DNA from: Thermoprotei archaeon
GTDB lineage: Archaea > Thermoproteota > Thermoprotei > Thermoproteales > B15-G16
Length of the DNA: 64,000 nt
Direction: 5' to 3'
Assembly: GCA_003649205.1 (NCBI GenBank)
Contig: QMRC01000002.1
Location: 160,001 to 224,000 of the forward strand
Below the pieces are notes generated by a model, which saw nothing but the letters and a program-made list of their open reading frames with translations, was not told the DNA's origin and ran no database searches. Shown one piece after another: positions 48,448 through 57,630 of this stretch. Numbering within the stretch: position 1 is the first letter of the stretch; the number at the start of each line of letters is the position of its first letter. The translations under genes were made by a program, and so were the position numbers.

Positions 48448-48526
48448 ATGATCGCCGCTCCAGCCCTCCACGAGAGCCCATGTCTGGGTTCGATGAGTGG
48501 AGGAAGCTTCACCCCTTAACACCTGA
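48448..48526 (+). ncRNA. Atypical GC-rich K-turn-containing RNA (extended C/D-like)
   Basis: ATGATCG ... stem CCTCCAC/GTGGAGG enclosing a GA/GATGA internal loop and an AGCCCA/TGGGTT hairpin ... CTGA. Confidence 0.45.
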
Positions 48527-48536
48527 ATCTAGATAA

Positions 48537-50501
48537 GTGACTATGTCTAGGGAGAAATTGCCACATATAGCACTCCTAAGTAAGGTAGCGGTTGATCTGT
48601 TTTGGTGCCCGAATTGTAATGTGCCACTAATATCCATAGATAAGTGTTCTAGATGTGGTGAGAGGGGATTTCCCGTAAAGGCGACACCACCGAGAGATGT
48701 TAGACCTGCATTTGAGTTCGATGTACAGCAGCTACGTGGGTTAGCTTCTACTGAACTAGGTATTCCAGGTAAGTATGTGGATAAGTTAATTCCTAGCAAT
48801 CAGATTATTTTGCTTAATAAGGTTCCGTACCCTGATGTTGCTGATGAGGTTATTGTTGGTGGTAAGGTAGTTGCTCATAGGTTCTTTGATCCAGTTCTCT
48901 GGCGGTGGAGACTAAAGCCGGTGTACCATGGAGTAGCTGCTATGGTTAGGGAAAAGGTAGGGTATTACGCGATTGTTAATTTACCTAAGTTAACCCGTGG
49001 TTACGAAGTCCATAGAGATAAGATTGTTGAGTGCGAACTACCTCCTTACAGGGGTTCCTTTGTAGCTGTTGAGACTAGTGATGGTAGGTACCAAGCTGTT
49101 GCGATTAAGACTAGAGGACAAAGGATCAAGATAGTTAAGGTGTGGCCTAGTAAGGACTACTCCTCACCTGGTAAGTGCTCGAGTATAGATGTTGCTATTG
49201 AGGCTAATTACTCTCGATTGAGGAGACTAGAATCTAGGTCATGCATTTTCCTGCAGACACTCAAAGATAAGATGTGGGGTGATAGGCACTTCTTCATATC
49301 GTTTTCAGGTGGTAAGGACAGTTTAGTTGCTCTACATCTCGCTGTCAAGGTACTTGATCTCAGGGATGTAGTGTTTAATGATACAGGTCTTGAGTTACCT
49401 GAGACTCTAAGTAATGTAGATGAGGTGGCTAAGGCATATGGTCTAAGAGTATACCGTACTGAGATTGGTGATAAGTTCTGGAACTTAGTTTCTAGGTACG
49501 GCCCCCCAGCAAGAGATTATAGGTGGTGTTGTGAGGTTTGCAAGCTCGCTCCTCTGGTTGATTTGATTAAGAGGGTCTTCCCTGGTAAGAGATTGAGTAT
49601 TATTGGTCAGAGGAAGCTTGAGTCCTTTAAGAGAGCTTCGAGATCGAGATTGTCCAGGAGTTCCGTTATTCCTAAGACTCTTGTTGCTGCTCCGATACAT
49701 GACTGGTGTGCTCTCGATGTTTGGCTCTACATCTTTAGGGAGAAGCTCAATGTGAATAAGGTCTACTTCCATGGTATTGATCGTGTTGGTTGCTGGATGT
49801 GTCCTGCATGTGAGTTAGGTGAGTACGAGATTTTGAAGGAATTACACCCAGAGCTGTGGAGTAGATGGGAGGAGGTACTCTGTAGATTTGCAACATCAAG
49901 AGGCTACCCTGAGGAGTGGGTTAAGTATGGTCTATGGAGATGGAGAAGCTACCCTGGTGATATAAGGAGAGTACTTCAACTCTGTGATTTTGATGTGTCG
50001 AGAGCAAGTGAGGTAGATGTCGTTAGAGCTATGGTGGAGAGCCCACGAGTTATGCATAGTGGTGAAGTTCTCAGGATTGAGCTAGCTAGGTCGAGCAATG
50101 TGAGTAGTGAGCTAGTGTATGAGCTGCTGTATACTTTTAAGGATCTCGAAATTCTGTACAGGGGTGACAAAGTAGTGGTAAGGTACGGTAATTATAGTGC
50201 TTGTATTGAGGTGAGTAGTTGCTACCTGATTGAGATCAGAGGTGTTAGGGATTGGAGTAGTGATCTCGAGATCTTACTCAAGTACTTACTGTATCCTAAT
50301 CTTGTACCTCAGCTATGTACTGGGTGCTCTCTCTGTGTAAATCTGTGTGAAACCGGTGCACGCACTGTAGATACTCTTCATAGAGTAGTTCTTGAGAGAT
50401 GTAGTCGTTGTGGTTCATGTTCTCGTGTATGTCCTGTATTCAGGTATGTGACTAGTGACTTAGTTAGGTTTGTGAAGTTGAAGGTACTGGGTATTGTGTA
50501 G
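48537..50501 (+). CDS. PAPS-reductase-family (PP-loop) protein with N-terminal Zn ribbon and C-terminal 2x[4Fe-4S]
   Basis: CPNC..CSRC, SFSGGKDS, DTGLELPET, RWCCEVCK, RVGCWMCP, CTGCSLCVNLC, CSRCGSCSRVCP. Confidence 0.85.
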   Translation: MTMSREKLPHIALLSKVAVDLFWCPNCNVPLISIDKCSRCGERGFPVKATPPRDVRPAFEFDVQQLRGLASTELGIPGKYVDKLIPSNQIILLNKVPYPDVADEVIVGGKVVAHRFFDPVLWRWRLKPVYHGVAAMVREKVGYYAIVNLPKLTRGYEVHRDKIVECELPPYRGSFVAVETSDGRYQAVAIKTRGQRIKIVKVWPSKDYSSPGKCSSIDVAIEANYSRLRRLESRSCIFLQTLKDKMWGDRHFFISFSGGKDSLVALHLAVKVLDLRDVVFNDTGLELPETLSNVDEVAKAYGLRVYRTEIGDKFWNLVSRYGPPARDYRWCCEVCKLAPLVDLIKRVFPGKRLSIIGQRKLESFKRASRSRLSRSSVIPKTLVAAPIHDWCALDVWLYIFREKLNVNKVYFHGIDRVGCWMCPACELGEYEILKELHPELWSRWEEVLCRFATSRGYPEEWVKYGLWRWRSYPGDIRRVLQLCDFDVSRASEVDVVRAMVESPRVMHSGEVLRIELARSSNVSSELVYELLYTFKDLEILYRGDKVVVRYGNYSACIEVSSCYLIEIRGVRDWSSDLEILLKYLLYPNLVPQLCTGCSLCVNLCETGARTVDTLHRVVLERCSRCGSCSRVCPVFRYVTSDLVRFVKLKVLGIV

Positions 50502-51120
50502 CGGGGGTTTCACCTTGCCGTATAGTGCCTGGGCTTTGAGTAAGAAGTACTTTACTAATAGGTTACGTAATGAGATGGAGCTAGGTCTAGTGGACCAAGA
50601 CATAGTGAATTTCCTTCTATACATCAATGAATTGGATGATTTCTACACCACATCTTCCTGTAGTGGTAGAATAGCTATTGGTACTGGAGAGACTTTGAGC
50701 AATAAGAGAGCATTTAAAATAGTTTACAAGTGGCATACTCCCATTAGTACACATGAGCTTGAGGAGGCTATTTCTGAATTAGAACCTCAAGGTGTTACTG
50801 CTTGGTTACTTGTTAGGCAGCCAATAATTCACATAGCTGTGAAGAGTATGGACTTAGCTCTCAAGGTACTTCACATAGCTAGAGAAGCTGGATTTGAGTG
50901 CTCAAATATATTGACCATTGATGAGTATAGAGTTGTTGTTGAGGTCGTATCCCAGGAGAGGTTTGATACTTTACTCATGAGAGGTGGTAAGTTGCTGTAC
51001 AGTAGACAGCAGCTTAATCACTTAGTGAACTTAGCTAATGCTGTTCTTGTACGTGGAAAGTCAAAGTTAAGTAGGTTCGAGCAGATGTTTAGGAAGGTAT
51101 TTAGGGGAGGTACCTGGTGA
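50494..51120 (+). CDS. taw3: tRNA wyosine-derivative methyltransferase Taw3/TYW3
   Basis: VDQDI, YTTSSCSGRI, KWH, PIIHI. Confidence 0.85.
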   Translation: MCSGGFTLPYSAWALSKKYFTNRLRNEMELGLVDQDIVNFLLYINELDDFYTTSSCSGRIAIGTGETLSNKRAFKIVYKWHTPISTHELEEAISELEPQGVTAWLLVRQPIIHIAVKSMDLALKVLHIAREAGFECSNILTIDEYRVVVEVVSQERFDTLLMRGGKLLYSRQQLNHLVNLANAVLVRGKSKLSRFEQMFRKVFRGGTW

Positions 51121-51124
51121 TTTC

Positions 51125-51640
51125 ATGATAAAGAAGAGGCATGTACTGAGTAAGAGAGATACTAAGAGAGTTATCGACGTGTTGAGACTAGTCATGGATG
51201 TGAGTGAAGATCTAGTTGATTCAGTTATTGAGGTTGCTGAATTGAAGAGTGGTGACAAACTCTACATAGTTAATGGAAAGCCACTTCTCTATGAGATGAA
51301 GATTGAAGGTACCACATATGCTGTACCTACGCTATGGGCACTTGCTAAGTTAGGTGTACGCCATAAGTTACCGATAGTAGTTGTCGACATGGGGGCTGTA
51401 CCACACATATGTAATGGTGCTGACGTGATGAGACCTGGTATTAGAGATATAGTTGGTGAGTTCAAGCGTGGTGATTTGGTTGTAGTAGTTGATGAGAGGT
51501 ATGGTAAGCCAATAGCTGTATGTAGGTCACTGTTTGATGCCGATGAAATTAAGTCAATGAAGAGGGGTAAGGTATTACAGAACATACACTACGTTGGAGA
51601 TAAGTATTGGGAGGTGTGTAGTGAAGTAGGTAGAGGTTGA
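51125..51640 (+). CDS. PUA-domain RNA-binding protein (MCT-1/Tma20-like)
   Basis: VVVDMGAVPHICNGADVMRPGI, IHYVGD. Confidence 0.88.
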   Translation: MIKKRHVLSKRDTKRVIDVLRLVMDVSEDLVDSVIEVAELKSGDKLYIVNGKPLLYEMKIEGTTYAVPTLWALAKLGVRHKLPIVVVDMGAVPHICNGADVMRPGIRDIVGEFKRGDLVVVVDERYGKPIAVCRSLFDADEIKSMKRGKVLQNIHYVGDKYWEVCSEVGRG

Positions 51641-51651
51641 GGTAGAGATCA

Positions 51652-51831
51652 TTGAGCTGGATTGCAGGAGAACAGTTCTCGTGTCCTTACTGTGGCTCAA
51701 AGAACTTCAGAATAGTTAAGGTATTGTTTCAAAGCGATGAGAGTAGACTTTACGCATGTACCTGCAATGATTGCGGTAAGGTATTCTTACTCCATAGTGA
51801 TAGACATCGCTCAGCGGTCTCCAAGCTCTAG
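51652..51831 (+). CDS. 59-aa zinc-ribbon microprotein (not in ORF track)
   Basis: TTG start after a GAGGT SD; MSWIAGEQFSCPYCGSKNFRIVKVLFQSDESRLYACTCNDCGKVFLLHSDRHRSAVSKL. Confidence 0.65.
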   Translation: MSWIAGEQFSCPYCGSKNFRIVKVLFQSDESRLYACTCNDCGKVFLLHSDRHRSAVSKL

Positions 51832-51935
51832 TACATAAGTCCGGTAAAATAGAGCAAGATATTTTAAGGGATTGAGGTTAAGGGATAAGGGTTTATATAA
51901 GTTAATTAGTAGGTTAGTGTTGGGTTGGTGAGATT

Positions 51936-52985
51936 ATGACTAGGAGGAGAAGGAGTAGTACAGCAACAAGTACAACGGAGACGAGTACTGCAGTTACTGC
52001 AACTATTAGACCAACAACAGGGGCGGTCACCATAATGGAGATTGATGATAGCAAGTACCAGTTAGAGGACATTGACGGTGTTGGTAAGGTAACTGCCCAG
52101 AAGCTTAGAGATGCAGGTTATACAACTGTTAGAGACGTAGCATTTGCATCTGTGAGAGAGCTAGCTGAGGTCATTGGCTCAGAGGAGAGAGCTAAAACAA
52201 TAATCCTCAATGCACAGAGGTTGCTAGGTATAAAGCCATTTATGACAGCGCTGGAGTACTACCAGAGAAGGCAAGCAGTTAGGTACATCTCAACAGGATG
52301 TAGAGCGCTAGATGAACTTCTGGGAGGTGGTATTGAAACTAGAGCAATAACGGAGTTTGTAGGTGAGTTCGGTGCTGGTAAGACACAGATATGTCACCAG
52401 CTGTGTGTCATGGTTCAGTTACCACCTGAGAAGGGTGGGTTAGCAGGTAAGGCACTGTACATCGATACAGAGGGTACGTTTAGACCTGAGAGGATCATGC
52501 AGATCGCTAAGTACAGAGGCCTCGACCCTGAGGAGGCTCTAAAGAACATAATCTACGCTAGAGCATACAACAGCGATCACCAGATAATGATAGTTGATGA
52601 GGCTAAGAAGATCATTAGACAAGAGAACATTAGGTTGATAGTTGTAGACAGCTTGGTAGCACACTTCAGAGCTGAGTACCCAGGTAGAGAGAACCTAGCT
52701 GCTAGACAGCAAAAGTTAAATCAGCACATTAGCCAGTTATTGAAGATAGCCGATATATACAATGTAGCTGTGGTTGTAACGAATCAAGTTATTGCTCAAC
52801 CAGATGTGTTCTTTGGTAATCCACTAAAACCTGCAGGAGGTAACGTAGTAGCTCACGGATGTACATACAGGATATGGTTGAGAAAGGGTAAGGAGAACAT
52901 CAGAATAGCTAAGGTGTTCGATAGTCCATACCATCCAGAGAAGGAGGTTACCTTCAGAATAACTGAAGAGGGTATAGTAGACTAG
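51936..52985 (+). CDS. radA: DNA repair and recombination protein RadA
   Basis: GEFGAGKTQ, YIDTEGTFRPER, VDSLVAHFRAEYPGRE, TNQV. Confidence 0.97.
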   Translation: MTRRRRSSTATSTTETSTAVTATIRPTTGAVTIMEIDDSKYQLEDIDGVGKVTAQKLRDAGYTTVRDVAFASVRELAEVIGSEERAKTIILNAQRLLGIKPFMTALEYYQRRQAVRYISTGCRALDELLGGGIETRAITEFVGEFGAGKTQICHQLCVMVQLPPEKGGLAGKALYIDTEGTFRPERIMQIAKYRGLDPEEALKNIIYARAYNSDHQIMIVDEAKKIIRQENIRLIVVDSLVAHFRAEYPGRENLAARQQKLNQHISQLLKIADIYNVAVVVTNQVIAQPDVFFGNPLKPAGGNVVAHGCTYRIWLRKGKENIRIAKVFDSPYHPEKEVTFRITEEGIVD

Positions 52986-53063
52986 AACTAGACTAGCTAT
53001 TCAGCACCAATCTCGTCATTGCGCTTACTACTTGTGTAAAATTATTCATAGTTATTCCCGATG

Positions 53064-53113
53064 GTGATGAACCCACCCTTGACTGTACTCATGATGAAAC
53101 TGTCTCACACTGA
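53064..53113 (+). ncRNA. Box C/D sRNA candidate
   Basis: GTGATGA-acccacccttga-CTGT..ATGATGA-aactgtctcaca-CTGA. Confidence 0.75.
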
Positions 53114-53201
53114 TTTCAATTAGCAATAGTTACCTTATGAAACTTATCTACACGCTAGACTTTAATTCAGCTCCTCTACAAACTATTTTCGGGACTACTA
53201 A

Positions 53202-53642
53202 ATGACTTCCCGTGATCTAGTGATATTTCGTAGTGTTGATGAGTTGGTACAGTACATTAACTCTAAAATTGAGGAAATTAGTAAGAAGGTTGAGGAATAC
53301 AGTAAATTAGCTGAAGAAGTCAAGTCATTTGCTGAGTACGCAAAGACTTTGAGAGAATTTCTTGAGAAAGCTCTCGGTAAGGAAGTTAAGTTCACAAGTG
53401 AGTTAGAGGTCATGGGATTTAGATTAGTTGTAGATGCGAGACCCATAGATGAGTATGAAGTTCTATCTGATGTACTAAACTCATTGACAGAGAGAATGAA
53501 GGTACTGATAAGGTTTAGAGAAGCTATTCTACCGCTCCTCGAAAAGCTGAGGGAGAGTGGTAGGAAGTTTCTTGTTTACTTAGTTCTCGAAAATGAGGTT
53601 CCAGTAAAGTTACTAATTAAGGAAACGGAGATTAGGACTTAG
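53202..53642 (+). CDS. Hypothetical coiled-coil protein
   Basis: 146-aa ORF leading the adenylate kinase operon. Confidence 0.65.
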   Translation: MTSRDLVIFRSVDELVQYINSKIEEISKKVEEYSKLAEEVKSFAEYAKTLREFLEKALGKEVKFTSELEVMGFRLVVDARPIDEYEVLSDVLNSLTERMKVLIRFREAILPLLEKLRESGRKFLVYLVLENEVPVKLLIKETEIRT

Positions 53643-53646
53643 ACTG

Positions 53647-54306
53647 GTGAGGAATAGCATGGTTCGAGTAGTTGTTCTAGCTGTTCCGGGGGGCGGAAAG
53701 TCTACAACGTTGCAATTACTTCAGAAACTAAGACCTGAAGTAAAGGTAGTTAATTTCGGAGATGTGATGTTTGAAGTAGCAAAGAGAGTCTATGGTGTAC
53801 GTGATAGGGATGAGATGAGAAAGAAATTAACGCTAAATGACTATAGGAGGCTTCAGGAGCTAGCAGCCGAAGAGATAGGAAGGATTAGTGGTGTAGTGCT
53901 GATTGATACTCATGCAGCTATAAAGACACCCTATGGTTACTACCCAGGCATTCCAGAGAGAGTTATTAAGTTAATGAAACCCGATGCTATAGTGCTTCTC
54001 GAGTTCGATCCTGAGATTGTTCTTGAGAGGAGATTGAAGGATTTGGAAAGAGGTAGTGAGGTAACTGAAGTAGGGACAATTAGGCAATTGAGGAAGAGGG
54101 ATATAGAGTCTCTAGATGATATTGAACAGCATCAAGAGATAGCTAAGTACTTTGCAGCCGCGGCATCCGTGATAGCAAGTTGCCCACTATACATAGTTAA
54201 CCTAAGAGGTGTTAAGCAGAATATGCCTTTTGATCATGCTCTCATAGCAGCTAAGCTACTTTCTGATCTGCTTACTCACCTCATGGGAGGTAGGGGGAAT
54301 GAGTAA
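53647..54306 (+). CDS. adkA: Archaeal adenylate kinase
   Basis: VPGGGKST, VNFGDVM, RDEMRK, DTHAAIKTPYGYYPG. Confidence 0.9.
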   Translation: MRNSMVRVVVLAVPGGGKSTTLQLLQKLRPEVKVVNFGDVMFEVAKRVYGVRDRDEMRKKLTLNDYRRLQELAAEEIGRISGVVLIDTHAAIKTPYGYYPGIPERVIKLMKPDAIVLLEFDPEIVLERRLKDLERGSEVTEVGTIRQLRKRDIESLDDIEQHQEIAKYFAAAASVIASCPLYIVNLRGVKQNMPFDHALIAAKLLSDLLTHLMGGRGNE

Positions 54307-54538
54307 GTTAGTTGAGTCCTATATATTAATACTGGTTGAGACAGGTAAAGAGTATGAGGTAGCTGAAGAAATTAAGAGAATTAAAGGCGTTGAAGATGTG
54401 CTGATTACGTATGGCATTTACGATATCGTCGTGAAGGTGGAGACAGAAAGCTTAGAGAAGCTAAATGAAATAGTTACGAGAATAAGAAGGATTCCCGGTG
54501 TCCGACAGACAACAACACTTGTTGGTGTTGGCGTTTAA
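54299..54538 (+). CDS. Stand-alone Lrp/AsnC ligand-binding domain protein
   Basis: YILI..G..GVEDV..TYGIYDIVVKV..IRRIPGVRQTTTL. Confidence 0.85.
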   Translation: MSKLVESYILILVETGKEYEVAEEIKRIKGVEDVLITYGIYDIVVKVETESLEKLNEIVTRIRRIPGVRQTTTLVGVGV

Positions 54539-54563
54539 AATACTCCATTTTATGTATGTAAAG

Positions 54564-54579
54564 TACCCCAGTAGGGGTA
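54564..54579. promoter_or_regulatory. Inverted repeat, possible operator
   Basis: TACCCC-agta-GGGGTA in an AT-rich intergenic region. Confidence 0.3.
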
Positions 54580-54713
54580 ACATTTAAAAGAATGAGTAAC
54601 CTCTTGACATGATGGTAGGATATGTTAGTAGGTTACATGTTATTTCCTTACATCTTTACAACAGTGAAAACAGTTAAATACTGATCACTTTGCCAACTTA
54701 TATCAAGAGATAG

Positions 54714-56108
54714 TTGTCATGTGGTCGATATAGTATGAGTGGCGAGGGTCAAAATGTTGCAAAGAGAAGCGAGAAGAAGAGGAAGCGAGTAATAATAATG
54801 GGTGCTGGTGGTAGAGATTTTCACAACTTCAATGTATACTTCAGGAACAATCCTGAGTACGAGGTTGTTGCCTTTACGGCAGCGCAAATACCTGGAATAG
54901 AGGGAAGAGTTTACCCTCCCGAACTCGCTGGGCCACTGTACCCAAATGGAATACCAATATACTCGGAAGAGAAGCTACCTGAACTAGTTAGGAAGTATGA
55001 TGTCGATGAGGTAATACTGGCCTACTCAGACCTAACGTTTAAGGAGGTTATGGAAAAAGCTTCGCGAGTTCTAGCACTTGGTGCTGATTTCAAGTTGCTC
55101 GGTGTCAAGAGTACTATGCTCAAGTCTAGTAAACCGGTCATAGCTGTTTGCGCAACAAGAACAGGTGCTGGTAAGAGTACAACATCCAGAAAGATAATCA
55201 GGTACTTACTTGAGCTAGGTGTCAACCCTGTTGTCATACGACACCCAATGGCGTATGGTGATTTGAGGAAGAAGATCATTATGAGAATAACGGATTACTC
55301 AGATCTGGATCGCTATGGTTGTACTATTGAGGAGAGAGAAGAGTTTGAACAGTACATCGAGCTTGGTATTACAATCTATGCTGGTGTTGACTACGAGAAG
55401 GTACTGAAGGAAGCGGAGAAGGAAGGAGATGTGATTCTATGGGATGGCGGAAATAATGACTTCCCATTCATCGAGCCCGACCTCTGGATAACCGTTGTCG
55501 ATCCTCTAAGACCGGGCCAAGAAGTTGAGTCTTATCCAGGTGCTGTAAACGTCATACTTGCACATGTCATAGTTGTAAACAAGGTCAATACTGCTCCGAA
55601 GGAGAATATTAACAAGGTAATAGAAAATGTACGAAGGGTAAATCCAGGAGCGAAGATAGTACTTGCTGAGTCAAGGATAATTGTTGATCATCCAGAACTG
55701 ATTAAAGGTAAGAGAGTAGTTGTAGTAGAGGACTTTCCCTCAGTAACACATGGTTGTCTAAGCTATGGTGCTGGCTACATAGCCGCTACCCAGTACGGTG
55801 CCGCAGAAGTAGTTGACCCCAAACCATACGCTACAGGTCTTCTAAAGAAAATCTACGAGCAATATCCTCAGATGGGACCTGTAGTCCCATCACTAGGTTA
55901 CGGTGAAGAGCATATGAGAGAATTGGAAGAACTACTGAATAGAATTCCCTGTGACACAATAATCCTAGGTACTCCCTCAAACATAGCCAGGTACCTAAAA
56001 CTCAATAAACCTGTAGTTAGAGTCAAGTGCGAATTACATGAGTTGAGCGAACCAACATTGAGAGCAATAATTGAGGACTTCATTAGTAAAGTACGGAGAA
56101 ATTCTTAA
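54714..56108 (+). CDS. COG2403 P-loop enzyme (cDPG synthetase / arginine synthetase family)
   Basis: IIMGAGGRDFHNFN, AQIPGI, RTGAGKS, RHPMAYG, TIEEREE, WDGGNND. Confidence 0.8.
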   Translation: MSCGRYSMSGEGQNVAKRSEKKRKRVIIMGAGGRDFHNFNVYFRNNPEYEVVAFTAAQIPGIEGRVYPPELAGPLYPNGIPIYSEEKLPELVRKYDVDEVILAYSDLTFKEVMEKASRVLALGADFKLLGVKSTMLKSSKPVIAVCATRTGAGKSTTSRKIIRYLLELGVNPVVIRHPMAYGDLRKKIIMRITDYSDLDRYGCTIEEREEFEQYIELGITIYAGVDYEKVLKEAEKEGDVILWDGGNNDFPFIEPDLWITVVDPLRPGQEVESYPGAVNVILAHVIVVNKVNTAPKENINKVIENVRRVNPGAKIVLAESRIIVDHPELIKGKRVVVVEDFPSVTHGCLSYGAGYIAATQYGAAEVVDPKPYATGLLKKIYEQYPQMGPVVPSLGYGEEHMRELEELLNRIPCDTIILGTPSNIARYLKLNKPVVRVKCELHELSEPTLRAIIEDFISKVRRNS

Positions 56109-56117
56109 GTTAAGTTC

Positions 56118-57539
56118 GTGGTCTTCTCTAGGTACCAGATGTTTACGACATTTCATGAACTAGCAGATTGTGTAGAGGATGCTGTATGGCGTTTAAAGGG
56201 GAGAACTCTTGCTGTTTTCTTCAATCTCTGTCTAGATTCAATACATAGAGTTTCAGAGGATACCCTACGTAATTTAGAGCTGAGTTCTATTGAAAATAGA
56301 TGTGGTAGTGTAGATGAGGTTGTGTCTACAGCGCATGAAGTAGTTAAGCGAGGTGTTGTGGAGTCGCTAACGGATATCACATACTGCCTCCTTTACTCTA
56401 TTGTGTTGGGTAGGAGTTTCGAAGTTATCTTACCGGATCCAACTATGAGTAAAATGCTGAGTGAGAAAGTGAGTAACTATACACTTTCTCTAGGTGGTGT
56501 ATGCGGATTAGCATCTCTCACCCTACCTAGGCTCGGTTGTAGAGTAATTCTACCAGTAACAACTCCTAATCCTACGGTAGTGAACTATTTGAAACATAGT
56601 AGCTTAGTTGAAGTTCTCTACTATGAGGATATACTCCATACAGTAGCTAGTGAAGTTGCTCCGTACTTTCTACATTGGGTCTTTGAGATAGAGACAGGTC
56701 TCAAGGTGAGGTTTAAATCATCAATAATAGTGAGTAGAGAATGCTGTAGGTTTATTGCGTCATGTGATTACATGACACTTAATTTTCCACTAAATGTGGT
56801 GAGCAAATTTGTGAATTACCTCTTTGAAAGACGGGGCCTCGACGCTACCGTTGTTTCTGGATTTCAAGTACTTAATAGAGCACTCGATCCAGAGGTCATG
56901 AGTAAGCTACGTACTCTACTCAAGCTAATTACTGATTTCTCTCACTCATCTAGATCACATATACATATTGAGCTAGCTTACTGTAGCGACTTCGAGGTGC
57001 TTAAGTATGTAGTGAAAGCATTACCAGATATCGTGTGTGGTATCGGATTTAATGAAGAGGAGTTATCTGAGGTAGCTAAGTGTATCGGACTCAATTATGG
57101 TCAGGACTTCACTACAATGCTGATTGATGTTGCAAGTTCTTTTCTCGAGGGTAACGTACTATATGTCACGGTTCACTCACCACACTTTGTGATTTCGGTA
57201 TCGAGGAGTAAAGAACTAGCTAAATACCTCACTACAGCGGCGGCAGTAGGTAACTTCGGAGTTGCTCTCCTCAATAAACCTGGTAACCCAAGTGAAGTTC
57301 TTACCTATTGTTATAACAAGGGTTCTTACTATATCGAGAAGTTGCGCAGTGTAGTTGAAGGTCTACGTAGATTAGGTTTCTCGCACATAGGCTCCGGTAT
57401 CTGGGTAAAGGGAGACACCTACGTATCTACGTACCTCTGCATGAATGTACCACTTGGAAGAAGTGTTGGTAGAGGTGATACATTTGCCGTCTTTGAGGCA
57501 ATTGCTTTAAGTGAGCTACTGCATGGAAGTCGTAGGTGA
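56118..57539 (+). CDS. ADP-dependent glucokinase/phosphofructokinase family protein (divergent)
   Basis: LGG, HWVFE, RFIAS, VVSGFQ, HIELA, GFNEEEL (NExE), SVGRGDT (GxGD). Confidence 0.7.
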   Translation: MVFSRYQMFTTFHELADCVEDAVWRLKGRTLAVFFNLCLDSIHRVSEDTLRNLELSSIENRCGSVDEVVSTAHEVVKRGVVESLTDITYCLLYSIVLGRSFEVILPDPTMSKMLSEKVSNYTLSLGGVCGLASLTLPRLGCRVILPVTTPNPTVVNYLKHSSLVEVLYYEDILHTVASEVAPYFLHWVFEIETGLKVRFKSSIIVSRECCRFIASCDYMTLNFPLNVVSKFVNYLFERRGLDATVVSGFQVLNRALDPEVMSKLRTLLKLITDFSHSSRSHIHIELAYCSDFEVLKYVVKALPDIVCGIGFNEEELSEVAKCIGLNYGQDFTTMLIDVASSFLEGNVLYVTVHSPHFVISVSRSKELAKYLTTAAAVGNFGVALLNKPGNPSEVLTYCYNKGSYYIEKLRSVVEGLRRLGFSHIGSGIWVKGDTYVSTYLCMNVPLGRSVGRGDTFAVFEAIALSELLHGSRR

Positions 57540-57584
57540 TGAGTGGGACCTGCACAGATCGATGACGAAGTTTAACTTCTCTGA
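57536..57584 (+). ncRNA. Box C/D sRNA candidate overlapping the upstream stop codon
   Basis: GTGATGA-gtgggacctgca-CAGA..ATGACGA-agtttaacttct-CTGA. Confidence 0.78.
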
Positions 57585-57630
57585 TTACGTTGTAGGTATG
57601 TTAGGGGAATTGAGGTAGTAAATGATATAG

